64,000 bases of DNA, taken from the IMG/VR virus record IMGVR_UViG_3300031992_000052, positions 1-64,000 of that record; one strand, given 5' to 3'. Of the stretch, positions 28,073-38,600 are shown in pieces. A program made the translations under genes and the position numbers. The DNA is from a virus (Duplodnaviria > Caudoviricetes). The notes under the pieces are model-generated. The model was given only the letters and a program-made list of their open reading frames with translations. It was not told the DNA's origin and ran no database searches. Position 1 is the stretch's first letter, and each line of letters opens with the position of its first letter.

Positions 28073-28957
28073 ATGAAAGCAATCAAGAATCTTTGCGTCC
28101 TGTGCGCAATCAGCATGGCACTCGTCGCCTGCGAGAAACCCATCCTCGACGAAACATCGTCGGATAGTAACGAACCCCTTGGCAACGTGACCCTCACGTT
28201 CAGTGCCCACGGCGCGACGACCCGCGCCGCCGCCACCGACATCGGCACCTGCTTCTCGAAGCTCAACGTGATGCTGTTCAATGCCGACGGCACTAAGTAT
28301 TTCGACAAGGTGCGCACGCAATACTCCACCGACGAGAACTTCGGACAGCTATCGCTCACGCTGCCCGCCGGGGAGTACGGCGTGGTAGCCGTCGGTCACT
28401 CGTCGGCCAAGAGTGCCACCATCAAGAGCATGGAGATGGTGCAGTTCACGGCCAGCGACGGCCAGAAGCTGACGGACACCTTCTGCTATGGCGGCACCGT
28501 GACCGTGGGCGAAGCACCCGAGCAGCACCAGCTCACGATGAACCGCATGGGCGCAATGGTCCGCTTCCAGTTCACCGACGAGGAAATCCCCGCTCAGCTG
28601 ACGCACGTCAAGTTCGACTATACCGGCGGCTCCGCCAATTTCAACCCCACCACCTCGGAGGGCACCACGAAATCGACACAATCAGAGACGCGCCCCGTCG
28701 CTGCCGATGACGTCTACGAAATCTACACCTTCCCTTATCTCTCCTCCTCCGGCACGCTGAAAGTCACCATCACCGCCCTCACCGCCCAGGGCGACGTGAT
28801 CAAGAAGCGCACGCTCGATGCCGTCCCCGTGACGCGCAACCGCATCACCAGCTACACCGGCCCCCTCTTCTCTGAGGGCGAGGGCACCATCACTCAGAGC
28901 GGCTTCTCCTTCACCGTTAACGGCGAGTGGGACGGGGAAGACCAGCATGAGTTCTGA
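28073..28957 (+). CDS. FimB/Mfa2-like (type V pilin) lipoprotein, paralogue of 26573
   Basis: Lipobox LVAC, TTRA motif, VPVTRNRITSYTGPLF...EWD. Confidence 0.7.
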   Translation: MKAIKNLCVLCAISMALVACEKPILDETSSDSNEPLGNVTLTFSAHGATTRAAATDIGTCFSKLNVMLFNADGTKYFDKVRTQYSTDENFGQLSLTLPAGEYGVVAVGHSSAKSATIKSMEMVQFTASDGQKLTDTFCYGGTVTVGEAPEQHQLTMNRMGAMVRFQFTDEEIPAQLTHVKFDYTGGSANFNPTTSEGTTKSTQSETRPVAADDVYEIYTFPYLSSSGTLKVTITALTAQGDVIKKRTLDAVPVTRNRITSYTGPLFSEGEGTITQSGFSFTVNGEWDGEDQHEF

Positions 28958-28963
28958 ATAATC

Positions 28964-29011
28964 AACGCCGCCGCCATCCCTGTCATGTGGATGCGCGGCG
29001 GCGTTTTTTTT
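28964..29011. terminator. terminator between convergent modules
   Basis: AACGCCGCCGC...GCGGCGGCGTT followed by T tract. Confidence 0.75.
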
Positions 29012-29080
29012 CGCGCTGGCTGGCTGTATGCCTGGCGTGAGCTGGTCAGGAATACCAGATTTCGGGGATGCTTTCTTGTG

Positions 29081-29764
29081 TCATTTCCGTAAGGTTTTTA
29101 GTGCTTGCCAGGTGTACCAGGAGGAACGCGTTGCGTCGTAGATGGCATCGTGCTGAATGCCGTCGTATTGAGAGGGTAGGGGGTCGAAGACCTTGTAGGC
29201 CAGCGACGGGTCGGCCTGTATCTGGTGTGGCAGGGCGATGCCGTTGGCGCGTGTGCTCTTTCTGGCCATGCTGCGCTCTACTTCTATCAGAGCCGCCTCC
29301 AGTATAAGCGTGCGGCAGTCGCGGAACGAGGTGTGTGGCACGATGTCCTCCAGGTCGATGTCGAAGCGGCGGCAGAGTGAGCGGAGGATTGCAACATCCA
29401 CGTCCATGCCGTGCGCCCAGAGGCAGATGCTGTCAAGGCTATGCTTCTTCACCATACTGCGGATGAAGTCGAGCACGCCCACGAGCACGTCGGCCACGGG
29501 TTCGGCCAGTCCCTCGCACACGGCACGCTTCGCCTCGTCGCTCTGGCGGCTCCACCATGTGATGGTGTTGGGGTCGAAGTCCATGCCCTCCACCACGCAG
29601 GAGCGGAGGTCAACGTAATTCACGAAAGGCTCTGCGTCGGCCTTGCTCATAAACGGCTCCACGTCGGCATCGCGCAGCCATGGCACCACAGCCACCTGCA
29701 TGATAGCGGCGTCCGACGAGAGCGAGCAGGTCTCAAAGTCGATGGTAAAATCTAAATGTTTCAT
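29081..29764 (-). CDS. DEDDh-type 3'-5' exonuclease (DUF5051 / Rv2179c-like)
   Basis: IDFETCS, TITWWSRQ, WAHGMDVD, FRDCRT, HDAIYDA motifs. Confidence 0.8.
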   Translation of the reverse strand: MKHLDFTIDFETCSLSSDAAIMQVAVVPWLRDADVEPFMSKADAEPFVNYVDLRSCVVEGMDFDPNTITWWSRQSDEAKRAVCEGLAEPVADVLVGVLDFIRSMVKKHSLDSICLWAHGMDVDVAILRSLCRRFDIDLEDIVPHTSFRDCRTLILEAALIEVERSMARKSTRANGIALPHQIQADPSLAYKVFDPLPSQYDGIQHDAIYDATRSSWYTWQALKTLRK

Positions 29765-29940
29765 TGGCTCCTACGCTTTAGGATTTCTCTCACTGTGTCG
29801 GCATCCACCTTGGCGATGCTGGCGATGTTGGCTATGTGCCATCCTTCTTTCTGCAGCCGGATGACTTGCTTTTCCAGGGCCTTGCCCCCATGTACTCTTG
29901 TTGTTGCCATAATACTTTAGTCGGTTGTTTAAGTTAATAA

Positions 29941-30162
29941 TCATTTGCTATATCTATATGAGATTCGTCCTCGTGTGAGGTCGTAGGGTGACAGCTCTAC
30001 CTCCACACGGTCGCCCACCATGACGCGGATGTGGTGCTGGCGTATCTTGCCGGAGAGGGAGGTGAGGATGGTGACGCCGTTATCCAACTTCACCCGGAAG
30101 TTGTCGCGGCTCAGGTTCTCGGTCACAGTGCCTTTGACTTTAATATGGTCTTGCTTGCTCAT
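29941..30162 (-). CDS. infA: translation initiation factor IF-1
   Basis: [17 protein letters not shown]...FRVKLDNG...[34 protein letters not shown]. Confidence 0.93.
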   Translation of the reverse strand: MSKQDHIKVKGTVTENLSRDNFRVKLDNGVTILTSLSGKIRQHHIRVMVGDRVEVELSPYDLTRGRISYRYSK

Positions 30163-30183
30163 ATATCGCTGTCTATTAAATAG

Positions 30184-30615
30184 TTATTTATCATAATCGT
30201 GATTATGCGATTTTTCTGCGCTTCCATCTCGCACCGCTTTCTTGCTGTGCCACCGGCTGGATTTCTTGTCGCGTCGGCGTCGCTCGGCACGTATGTGGTT
30301 GTAGAATCCGGTGTAGTATTTCGGTGGATTGTCAGCCAGGTACTGAAGGGTCTCGGCGGCCTCGCGCTGCTCCTTGGTCAGCTTGCCGAGGATAGGGATT
30401 GCCGCCATGCACTCGTTGAGCAGCAGGCGGATGCTTGTCCGCCGACGCTCCACCATCCTTGACCACCGGCGCTCCAGAGCTATCTCGCGTCTGCGAACCC
30501 GCTGGTAGGCTCTGAGCATGCCCTCGCGGCTCTGGCCCTGATAGACCCAGACGGCCTGGCCTGTCACGCAAGAGTAACAGATGTAACGGAATTGATATGG
30601 ACGGCGCTGATACAT
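30184..30615 (-). CDS. basic hypothetical protein
   Basis: 143-aa ORF in minus-strand run. Confidence 0.6.
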   Translation of the reverse strand: MYQRRPYQFRYICYSCVTGQAVWVYQGQSREGMLRAYQRVRRREIALERRWSRMVERRRTSIRLLLNECMAAIPILGKLTKEQREAAETLQYLADNPPKYYTGFYNHIRAERRRRDKKSSRWHSKKAVRDGSAEKSHNHDYDK

Positions 30616-30652
30616 ATTCTCTTGGGCTGCGAATGTACCGCAGCATACTGTA

Positions 30653-33600
30653 CTATTCCTTTGTTTCTTCGGTTTCGGGGTCGGTTTCTGGGGCAGCCTG
30701 CACGTAGTTCGGGTCGCCCTCGTGGGCGGGGTCGTAGCGGTGCTTGGGCACCTGACTCTTGCGGTAGAAGTAGTAGCAGCGGGGGTACGGCTTCTTCTTC
30801 ACCAGTTCGCGGGGCAGGCGGTTGCCGTGCTCGTCGGTGGCTATGCTGAAGCCGTCGGCGGCTTTGGGGTACTGCCAGGCGGCGCACTGGCGCATGCCGA
30901 GCGTGACGTCGGTGTCGGTCTTCAGTGTGATGCGCGGGTTGCGGATGTATGGCGACGTGCGCAGATAGTCGTCCAGCTGTTCGCGGATGCGGTTGTAGGC
31001 TCCCTTGATGGTCTTCTCACCGATGGTGATGCCGCAGTAGTCGAGCAGAGAAATGGCCAGTTCGCGCTGAGCGATGGGGATGCCGAGGTGGCGCTTATCG
31101 GCGAGATAGCCTGCTATCCAGCGGGTGAACTGCTCGTCCTTCGAGGCGGCGAGAGCCTGGCGTAATAATGCACGGCTGTCGCGCGGCGGGGTGAAGGTCT
31201 CTTCGGGGTATTGCAGGAACAGCTGGCAGCACTGCAGCAGCAGGTTGCGGGCGTCGTTCAGAATTTGCGGCGGCAGGTTGTGGGCTACCTCCTTCACGCC
31301 CTCGCTGCGGAAGTCGTCGGCAGGGGTGTGGGCTGGGCGTGAGCCGTCCATCGAGCGGGGGTGATACCAGTCGCCCACAAGTATCTGGTAGGCGCGGCGG
31401 TTTGTCGAGTCACTGGAGAGGTCTATCTGTTCGTTGCTGGCCAGTACAAACTTCGGCAGGTCGTCGCCTGTCAACTTAACGGAGCCTTTATAGAGGCCGC
31501 GAGAGGTGACGGAGAGCGGATAGTTATACATCTTCTTGGGATTGAAGCCCTGCGGCAGTTCGTCGATGCAGACCACGTTGTGCAGACCGGGGACGACTTT
31601 GCCCAGCTCCTGCTCCATCACGATGTTGCCTCCTTCGAGCGCCTTGCCGTCGATGCCGAGGGTGCGGCGCACGAGGGCGAAGAGTTCGAGTATGGCGGTC
31701 TTGCCCGTGCCGCCGCTGGCAAGATCCTCGCGGCGGGTGCCGTTGTCGGTGATGTGGATGAACTGCTGACGGTTGGCCGAGCGGTGGCGCACCAGTGCCG
31801 AGCCGATAGCGTGGAGCATGGCGATGAAGTACATGTCCTGCGTCTGCCGTTCGGTCTTGGTGAGTTCCTGTATCTGCTCCTTCTCCCAGAAGATGCGGCA
31901 CGTATTATATAGGAAGCGGAAGTGCAGCGGCATTTCCTCTAACGGCTTATCCATCACGAGACGGTAGCGCCAGAGCTGCTGCCACTGGTCCCAGCGCATG
32001 TTCTCCTGCTTGATCTCCTCCTCCACCTTCGCCGCGCTGAGTATCGCCTCGTGCTTGGCCAGCTCGGATGGATAGAAGCCTGCCTCCTCCACGTGCCACA
32101 GGCGGTCGGTAATGGTGAAGTCGCCGTCGAGGATGGCATCCTGATTGGTCCACCATTTCATCTGTGAGTATGGCACGAGGCTGATATCATCCTTCGTCAC
32201 ACGGACGGCGGTGTTATGGAAGAAGAAATGGTCAAAGTCCTCGCCGAAGCTCTTCTCGTCGAAGTCCATCGTCTCTATCGACTCCATGATGCCCTGCTCG
32301 AGCTTGGCTCCATAGATGGCACGCGAGAGCGCACCTTTCTTATCATTAAACTCAGAGTGCGCCCGTAGCCATTCGGCCATGATGTCGCGTATCTGTGGCA
32401 CCAGCTTATTGCTGCCCTTCTGACCCACGAACAGTTCGCTGTAGGTGTGGTCGTTGCCTAAGAGGAAGAAGCGGCTGAACGACTCGTCGCCACTCTGCAT
32501 AACGCGGCGCACGATGCCACGGGCACGAAGGAACACGGGGGTGTTCCGCAGGTCGAACTTATAGCGGGCACGGCTGCTGCCGTCCTGCTCCTTACGCTCG
32601 CTCTCCCACTGCCAGAACTTGCAGGTCGGCGTGTCGAACATCGCGTTGTCGAACCATTCCGTCGGGTCGTCGTGCTGCAGCTCGGCGGGCATCAGCCGCT
32701 CCACCTCGGCGAAGTGCTGAATGAAGTCGGTGACATCCTTCAGTGATTTACTATTTACGGAATTACTATTTACGATTTGATTCAGCTCCTTCGGCAGCCG
32801 GAGCCAATGCACGGCAGGGTTACTCAGGGCGATGGCCTGACTGGCCTTCAGTCCTGTCTCGTCCTCGTCGTAACAGACGTACAGCCCGCCCTCCACGCAG
32901 ACGCTCTGGAGCTTCCTCAGCAGCGCCCGTAGCCAGCGGCTAGGGCGCATGGTGCCGCCCTTGCCGTCGAAGCCTGCCATCTCGGAGTTGAGCCAGACGA
33001 CGTGCGCGTCGCTGTGGCTATAGACGGCTATCGCATCGCGTGGGCCGGAGCAGAGCACGATGCGGCCGAAGCGGATCTGTTTCGTCTTCTTCTCCTTATC
33101 CTCTATCTCCACGTAGGGATGGCGCTTGTCCTGTTCGGGAATCACACCGTCCTTCAGGAAGTCCTCCAGGTCAGCGTCAGCATACCATTGTCGGCCTACG
33201 TCCACACTCTCGTCCACGTCCTTCCATGCCCACTTGTAGCCGTAGATATTCTTCGGCTCATACTTCTTTGTGCCGAACGGATAGCAGAACATGAAGATGG
33301 GATAGTTGCGCGTGGCCTTGACTATCTGCACGTAGAAGCCACCTTTCTCCTTGTTCTCCTTGCGGCTGATGACGCGGGCTACGGGCTGCACGTGGAACAG
33401 CCGTTCCACCTCCCTACCCCACTCGCTCACGGTCTTGGTCTCGGCTTTCAGAGGGTTGCCGTAGAAGCCTGCGCCTAAAGAGCAGCGGTAGAGGGGTTCG
33501 CCCGTGTCGGGGTCGAAGTCGGTTATCAGGTCGCCTATCTTGATTTCGGCGGGGGCAGTGCCGCTGTGGTAGGCGGCCGTAGCACTTTGTTCGGTCGCTG

Positions 33601-34162
33601 CCCCGCCGATGTCTCTTATATCGTCCTTATTGGCCTTGTGGGTTGACATCTCCACCTTCAGTCCCAGTGCCCTCAGTCCCTCCACGGTCCAGTCGCCGCG
33701 CTCCAATAGCGGCTCGTCGCCCGTCCAGTCGGCATACTGCAGCTCTGTCTTGCGGAACTCCGTCCACCCTACCCTATCCATGCGCAGCGAGCGTTGCCAC
33801 TTGCGACCATCTTCGTCGGTCTCTTCCTCCAGGTTCACGTCGCAGCGCGTGGCCAGTTCGCTCATCACCTCCTGCATCTCGCCCGCAGGGATGGCTCCTG
33901 CCGGTTTACCCATCAGCCGCGCGGCGAGCTGAATGGCTCCGTAGCCCGTGGCTCCGCACGCGTAGCACTTGAACATCGGCGCCGTGGCTCCCATCCTTGC
34001 GTCGCGTTCCACATGCAGCGACGGATCATGGTCGTCGTGCCAGGGGCAGAGGTAGTAGGCCACGGTGCCTTTCGCATTCTGCCGCTGCATCGTGTGTCCC
34101 CATCCCGCCATTACTTCCACGAGAGGTATCTGGTCTAATATGTTGCGATTATTCTCGTTCAC
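30653..34162 (-). CDS. DNA primase-helicase (CHC2 Zn finger, TOPRIM-like, P-loop)
   Basis: CPWHDDHDPS...FKCYACG; LCSGPRDA and CYDEDETG; GGTGKT Walker A and VCIDE Walker B. Confidence 0.85.
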   Translation of the reverse strand: MNENNRNILDQIPLVEVMAGWGHTMQRQNAKGTVAYYLCPWHDDHDPSLHVERDARMGATAPMFKCYACGATGYGAIQLAARLMGKPAGAIPAGEMQEVMSELATRCDVNLEEETDEDGRKWQRSLRMDRVGWTEFRKTELQYADWTGDEPLLERGDWTVEGLRALGLKVEMSTHKANKDDIRDIGGAATEQSATAAYHSGTAPAEIKIGDLITDFDPDTGEPLYRCSLGAGFYGNPLKAETKTVSEWGREVERLFHVQPVARVISRKENKEKGGFYVQIVKATRNYPIFMFCYPFGTKKYEPKNIYGYKWAWKDVDESVDVGRQWYADADLEDFLKDGVIPEQDKRHPYVEIEDKEKKTKQIRFGRIVLCSGPRDAIAVYSHSDAHVVWLNSEMAGFDGKGGTMRPSRWLRALLRKLQSVCVEGGLYVCYDEDETGLKASQAIALSNPAVHWLRLPKELNQIVNSNSVNSKSLKDVTDFIQHFAEVERLMPAELQHDDPTEWFDNAMFDTPTCKFWQWESERKEQDGSSRARYKFDLRNTPVFLRARGIVRRVMQSGDESFSRFFLLGNDHTYSELFVGQKGSNKLVPQIRDIMAEWLRAHSEFNDKKGALSRAIYGAKLEQGIMESIETMDFDEKSFGEDFDHFFFHNTAVRVTKDDISLVPYSQMKWWTNQDAILDGDFTITDRLWHVEEAGFYPSELAKHEAILSAAKVEEEIKQENMRWDQWQQLWRYRLVMDKPLEEMPLHFRFLYNTCRIFWEKEQIQELTKTERQTQDMYFIAMLHAIGSALVRHRSANRQQFIHITDNGTRREDLASGGTGKTAILELFALVRRTLGIDGKALEGGNIVMEQELGKVVPGLHNVVCIDELPQGFNPKKMYNYPLSVTSRGLYKGSVKLTGDDLPKFVLASNEQIDLSSDSTNRRAYQILVGDWYHPRSMDGSRPAHTPADDFRSEGVKEVAHNLPPQILNDARNLLLQCCQLFLQYPEETFTPPRDSRALLRQALAASKDEQFTRWIAGYLADKRHLGIPIAQRELAISLLDYCGITIGEKTIKGAYNRIREQLDDYLRTSPYIRNPRITLKTDTDVTLGMRQCAAWQYPKAADGFSIATDEHGNRLPRELVKKKPYPRCYYFYRKSQVPKHRYDPAHEGDPNYVQAAPETDPETEETKE

Positions 34163-34458
34163 GATTTGTTAGTAGTTTCCTTCGCCTGTTTCGTGTACTC
34201 ACGGTATTCCTTCTTTAGTTGGTCGATGACGGCATCCTTGTCGGCGATGCGCTCACGCAGATTTTCTACGAGCTGCTGCAGCGAGGCCACCTGCTTGTCG
34301 CCCTGCGCCCACTTCTCACAGGCCGCACAGTATATGTCGCGCAACCGCTCTACGTTCTCTGCGGCCTGCTCCATCTGCCGACGCAGGTCATCGAGCTCCG
34401 CCTCGTAGGGATTGTTTCCCAGCAGAGCAGAAAGAAGATTCTTGAAGTATCGTCTCAT
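34159..34458 (-). CDS. coiled-coil hypothetical protein
   Basis: 99-aa ORF overlapping primase start. Confidence 0.7.
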   Translation of the reverse strand: MRRYFKNLLSALLGNNPYEAELDDLRRQMEQAAENVERLRDIYCAACEKWAQGDKQVASLQQLVENLRERIADKDAVIDQLKKEYREYTKQAKETTNKS

Positions 34459-34470
34459 GCCGAAAGCCTC

Positions 34471-34662
34471 CTACATGGTTCGTGTGATACATACAGCCGG
34501 TACGCTGGGGTCCGTGCGCACCTCATACTCCTTGTCCTCCAGCTTCATGTCGTGTACCTGAACCTTAACCGACTTGATCTTCTTTTTGTCGGCAAGGGTG
34601 AAGATACGCGACTGCCTGACGCGCATACCTCTTAACTCTTCTTTGCTCACAGTCTCCTGCAT
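34471..34662 (-). CDS. small putative DNA-binding protein (Cro-position gene)
   Basis: Start at MQETVSKEELR; first gene of leftward operon, divergent from the HTH gene. Confidence 0.55.
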   Translation of the reverse strand: MQETVSKEELRGMRVRQSRIFTLADKKKIKSVKVQVHDMKLEDKEYEVRTDPSVPAVCITRTM

Positions 34663-34722
34663 AATTGTCTGAAAATCTCTTAAATTATATGCGTTAATAA
34701 CACAAAAACGGGAGAAAAACCT

Positions 34723-34847
34723 TACCTTTGCAAGTGTTTCAAGTTCGCAAGGCGACGCACGGCTCTCCGCTGAGAGGCGCTTCACTGCGCCTGCAGGTTT
34801 CCCTTGACCCGTCGGTGAGTTAATTAACTAACTCGGTTGCAAAGGTA
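34723..34847. promoter_or_regulatory. face-to-face Bacteroidetes promoters
   Basis: TACCTTTG on + at 34723-34730 and on - at 34840-34847. Confidence 0.65.
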
Positions 34848-34913
34848 AAAAAGAAATCCGAAAGTCGTGTTGATTGCTGTTGATTATTAACGTAATTTAA
34901 TTATAGTTTCAAC

Positions 34914-35471
34914 ATGGCAAAGAAAGAGAAGAACAATTTCACACGCGCCGTGGAATGGCTCATAACCAACGGCGTAGTTAAGAATCAGAAGGATATGGCC
35001 GAGCGTATGGGTACGACGGAGAATACCATATCTCGCAACAAGCACGGTGGCGTCAAGCGTCCTGATGACGACACACTGCGCAAGTTCAACGAACAGTTTG
35101 GCAGCATCATCAACATCGACTACCTGCGTGGCGAGAGCAAGGTAATGCTGGTGAAAGACCTTGCCACACGTCAGTCTGCCAAACCTGCAGATAAAACAGC
35201 GTCACTCCTCGCTGCGAAAGATGAAACTATCGCCGCAAAGGACGAGGTGATTGCTGCCTTGAAAGGCAAACTCTCCAGCATGGATGAGACTATTGTCACT
35301 CTGAACGGGCGCATCGCTGACAAGGAAAAGATCATCAACACACAGGACAAACTCATCAGTACCCTTCGGCAACAGATAGACGACCTGCACCAGCAGGCCG
35401 CCTCGGAAAAGGGGCTCCACTCTGGCCATTCCCACTCGGAAGCTGCTGACCGTGGAACCGCGCACACCTAA
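34914..35471 (+). CDS. XRE-type HTH regulator with coiled-coil C-terminus (repressor candidate)
   Basis: NQKDMAERMGTTENTISR HTH; NIDYLRGE; heptad repeats AAKDETI. Confidence 0.75.
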   Translation: MAKKEKNNFTRAVEWLITNGVVKNQKDMAERMGTTENTISRNKHGGVKRPDDDTLRKFNEQFGSIINIDYLRGESKVMLVKDLATRQSAKPADKTASLLAAKDETIAAKDEVIAALKGKLSSMDETIVTLNGRIADKEKIINTQDKLISTLRQQIDDLHQQAASEKGLHSGHSHSEAADRGTAHT

Positions 35472-35696
35472 ATATATATAGGGCAACTGAATGCTACAAC
35501 GAAAAAGTGAACTACCACGGAGTCTTTAGCTGCGTGGTAGTAACTCGGCTGCTGTAAAAGGCTCGCCGCTGCGAGCCTTTGGAACTGCGACGTCATCGAC
35601 AACGGCGCGTTCGCGAAATAATTGTTACTTCCTTGAATCAAAACCAAAAACTATGAAAAACTAAACAAATTAAACTATTAAAACAACTTATGAACA

Positions 35697-38600
35697 TTAT
35701 GGATTGATGTTTGCATAACACACGAGCCAGCCGTAGTTGTAAGCCTCGCTACCTCCCTGGCCGTGGTAAAAAGCCTTTGCTTTCAGTTCGCGGAACTTCT
35801 GCAACGTCACGATGCTGTTGGAGCGCAAACTCGTAGCCTGCGACGGCACAAGCAGGTTGCAGAAGTAGGCTCCAGATGCCGACGAACCAGTCACGCCGGA
35901 GCCGTTAATCTCGATGGTGCCGGTCGTGGCGTTGAAAATATTAATCTCGCAACCCAACATGTCGGACGTTATGCGCGGCAGACGGATGGTGATACCGCTG
36001 ACTTCCACCTGAAGGTTATTGCTGGCCGATTCGAGGTTGACAACATCCTGGCCGTAAAAGTTCGTCACCGTGTAGTTGCTGATGTTAGATGACGTTAGCC
36101 GCAGATACGGCAGAAAGAGGTTACCGCGCAGCACAGCGTCCTGCGTGATGAGCGTGCCTTTCGTCGGGTCGATGCTCACCTTGCCGCTCACCGTGCCGTC
36201 GCTGTTGCTGAAAGTCACGCGGTCGGCACGCAAATTAATCAGGCCGCGCTCGATGTCGATACCCGTGCGCCGGCGTTGGTATGCCTCCAGCTCGCCAGCT
36301 ATTTCGCGGATGCCGGGCTTGCGCTCAGGCGACACGCCTACCGCCCAGATGCTGCGTACACGACCCTGGCTTTCCAGAATCCATTTTAGGGACGCAAAGT
36401 CCGAAAGGCTGATGTCGTTACCTAATGCGTCACCAATAATCAGGTCGTTGCCGTAGGTCGTCACCTCATAGCGCCGCCACAACACGCGCCAGCCTTGCGG
36501 CGTGTCATAGTAGCCGTAGTCTCTGTCATCAGCAGAGGTGTCGCCACTGTAGAGCATTTCATGTTCATCACCATCTGGGTTTACGGCCATTACGTCCATA
36601 TACGTATTATTCCCCTCGTCGGCATCAACTGCGCTGACCACCGCCCATGTATAGAGGTACTTGCCTACCAGGCTGGCGTCGGGCTGCTCTGCCGAGAAGA
36701 CCAGCGAATCCAAGAACGTTGTGTTTTTTGGGCGCAAGGAAAATACTCGTCCGAACGGCTGAATACGTTCCCAAGCACCACGGACAAGGCTCATGCCGCA
36801 GATTTCCAACGTGCCTGTAATGCCGCTCATAATACGCCAGAGAGCCCGGCATACGCCACTAAAGCTGTTCTTGGTCCAGAATGTGATGGTATGGCGCACA
36901 TAGTCGGAACTTGCGCCGAACGTTGTCGAAGCATCGCCACTCGGACTGCTTACCCTCGTCACCTCGTCTATCAGAAGGCCCTTTGATGCGTCGATGAACG
37001 GATAACCGGAGGTGGAGCCATAGATGTAGACAACGTAAGAGCACGTAGACCGCGACCACCACGACAGTGTATAATACTGTCCTGCGCTGATAGCGTAATT
37101 CGTCTGTCCGCTGTTTGTCCCATAGAGCAGATATTGCAGCACTTCCTTGATGTTGCTTCCGTCGGAATAAGCCCTGTAGCCATCCATGCCGTTGAACATA
37201 TTCGTGACAGCCGTGCCGCCGATGGTTATCGGTGTCGTAGGCAGCAGCTCGCCAAGCACTGCGTCAGCCGCCATGCCGTTAGTCAGGTAGTTGCGGTAGG
37301 CTACGTCGGTAGGACATGGAATCCACGGTGTCGATGCCTCACCCTCTTCCAGCTTTATCCAGTCTACCGTAGCCGTGCCAACGCCGGGGCTGTCTTCATC
37401 GTCAAAGTACACTTCAACAACCCATGTGTCTTTATTGCTGGCCACGGTAAACGTCCTGCTTTCCGTCTGACGTTCCTCCGACTTGATGACTACAGCATAC
37501 TTCTCCACAGAGTCCGTAGAGCGCACACGTACCGTCAGCATATTGTTATTGTCGGTAGCGTCGTGGTCGGTGCATCCTCTTACCGTCAGCGTGTAGGTAT
37601 TGCCCTGCGTCAGCTTCGACAGTGTCCGTTGGTGCTTGCTGCCGCTGCTGGCATTGATGTTCGTAGTCACCTCCATCAGCGAGTTAGGTATCAGGTTCTC
37701 GTTGGCCTGCACGCCGTCCTCAACGCCCAGCGAAATCTCGCTCACCGTCTGACGTATCTCCGACATGCCTGTCTTTAGGCCGTTGGTGTCCTCGGTCAGG
37801 GTGGCAATATTCTCGTTCGACGAGCGGATGTATTGGCCAACGGTTTCTATGGTTTCCACTTCCGTTCCAGTGGCGGCGTAGGTGATTTTTCGTGCCACCG
37901 ACTTTTCGGCGTCGCCCACAATCTTCGTGTCCCATTCGCCAAGCAGGTTCACGCCCACGGAGATGCTGACGGGCATGGTAACGGTGTTGCCGGCGGTGTC
38001 TGTCAGTACCACGCTGCACGTTATCTTGCCGCTGGTCTTATAGGTGCCACTCTGTCTGCTGTAGCCGGTAATCTGCAGCCTGTAGTCGTTGACGCCTATG
38101 GGCGACACAGTAAGTCCGAGGTCGTTACTGACAGATGTCGGCGTACCCACCGTCACGTTATTGTCGCTGCCACGGCTTGCGGTCATCGAGATGTACAGCG
38201 GATGCTGCTGGCTGAACGGAAATGTTCCGTCGTTGATATTCTGCTCAATAATCAGTGGGCTGGGATTCACCGTCAGCGTCCAGCCGTCAAGGCCGTCCCT
38301 GCCGTCAGCACCATCAGTGCCATCAGCACCGTCAGCCCCATCCTTGCCCGTCTTTGTTGTGGTGAACATACCGTTGGCTACGTAGGCTGACAGCAGGGCT
38401 GGAGCGGTAGCGCCGCCTGGGTCTGGTTCTGCTGGCATCTGTATCTGCAGCGCATAACCCTCGGCCAGCCCCTTGTAGCCGATGAAGGCAAAGGGGTAAC
38501 GCCAGGTGTCGGTGTGCTCTATGTCGCTGCCGCCGCAACCCTTCAGGGCTGCCACAAGGTTGCTGTTGAATCCTGTTGCGTCATGGCTGACCAATACCAC

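Noticed and set aside
34736-34761. Minus-strand GTCGCCTTGCGAACTTGAAAC resembling a shortened type I-C repeat
   Set aside because: Only about 21 nt, lacks the GGAT core and a partner repeat; compatible with chance
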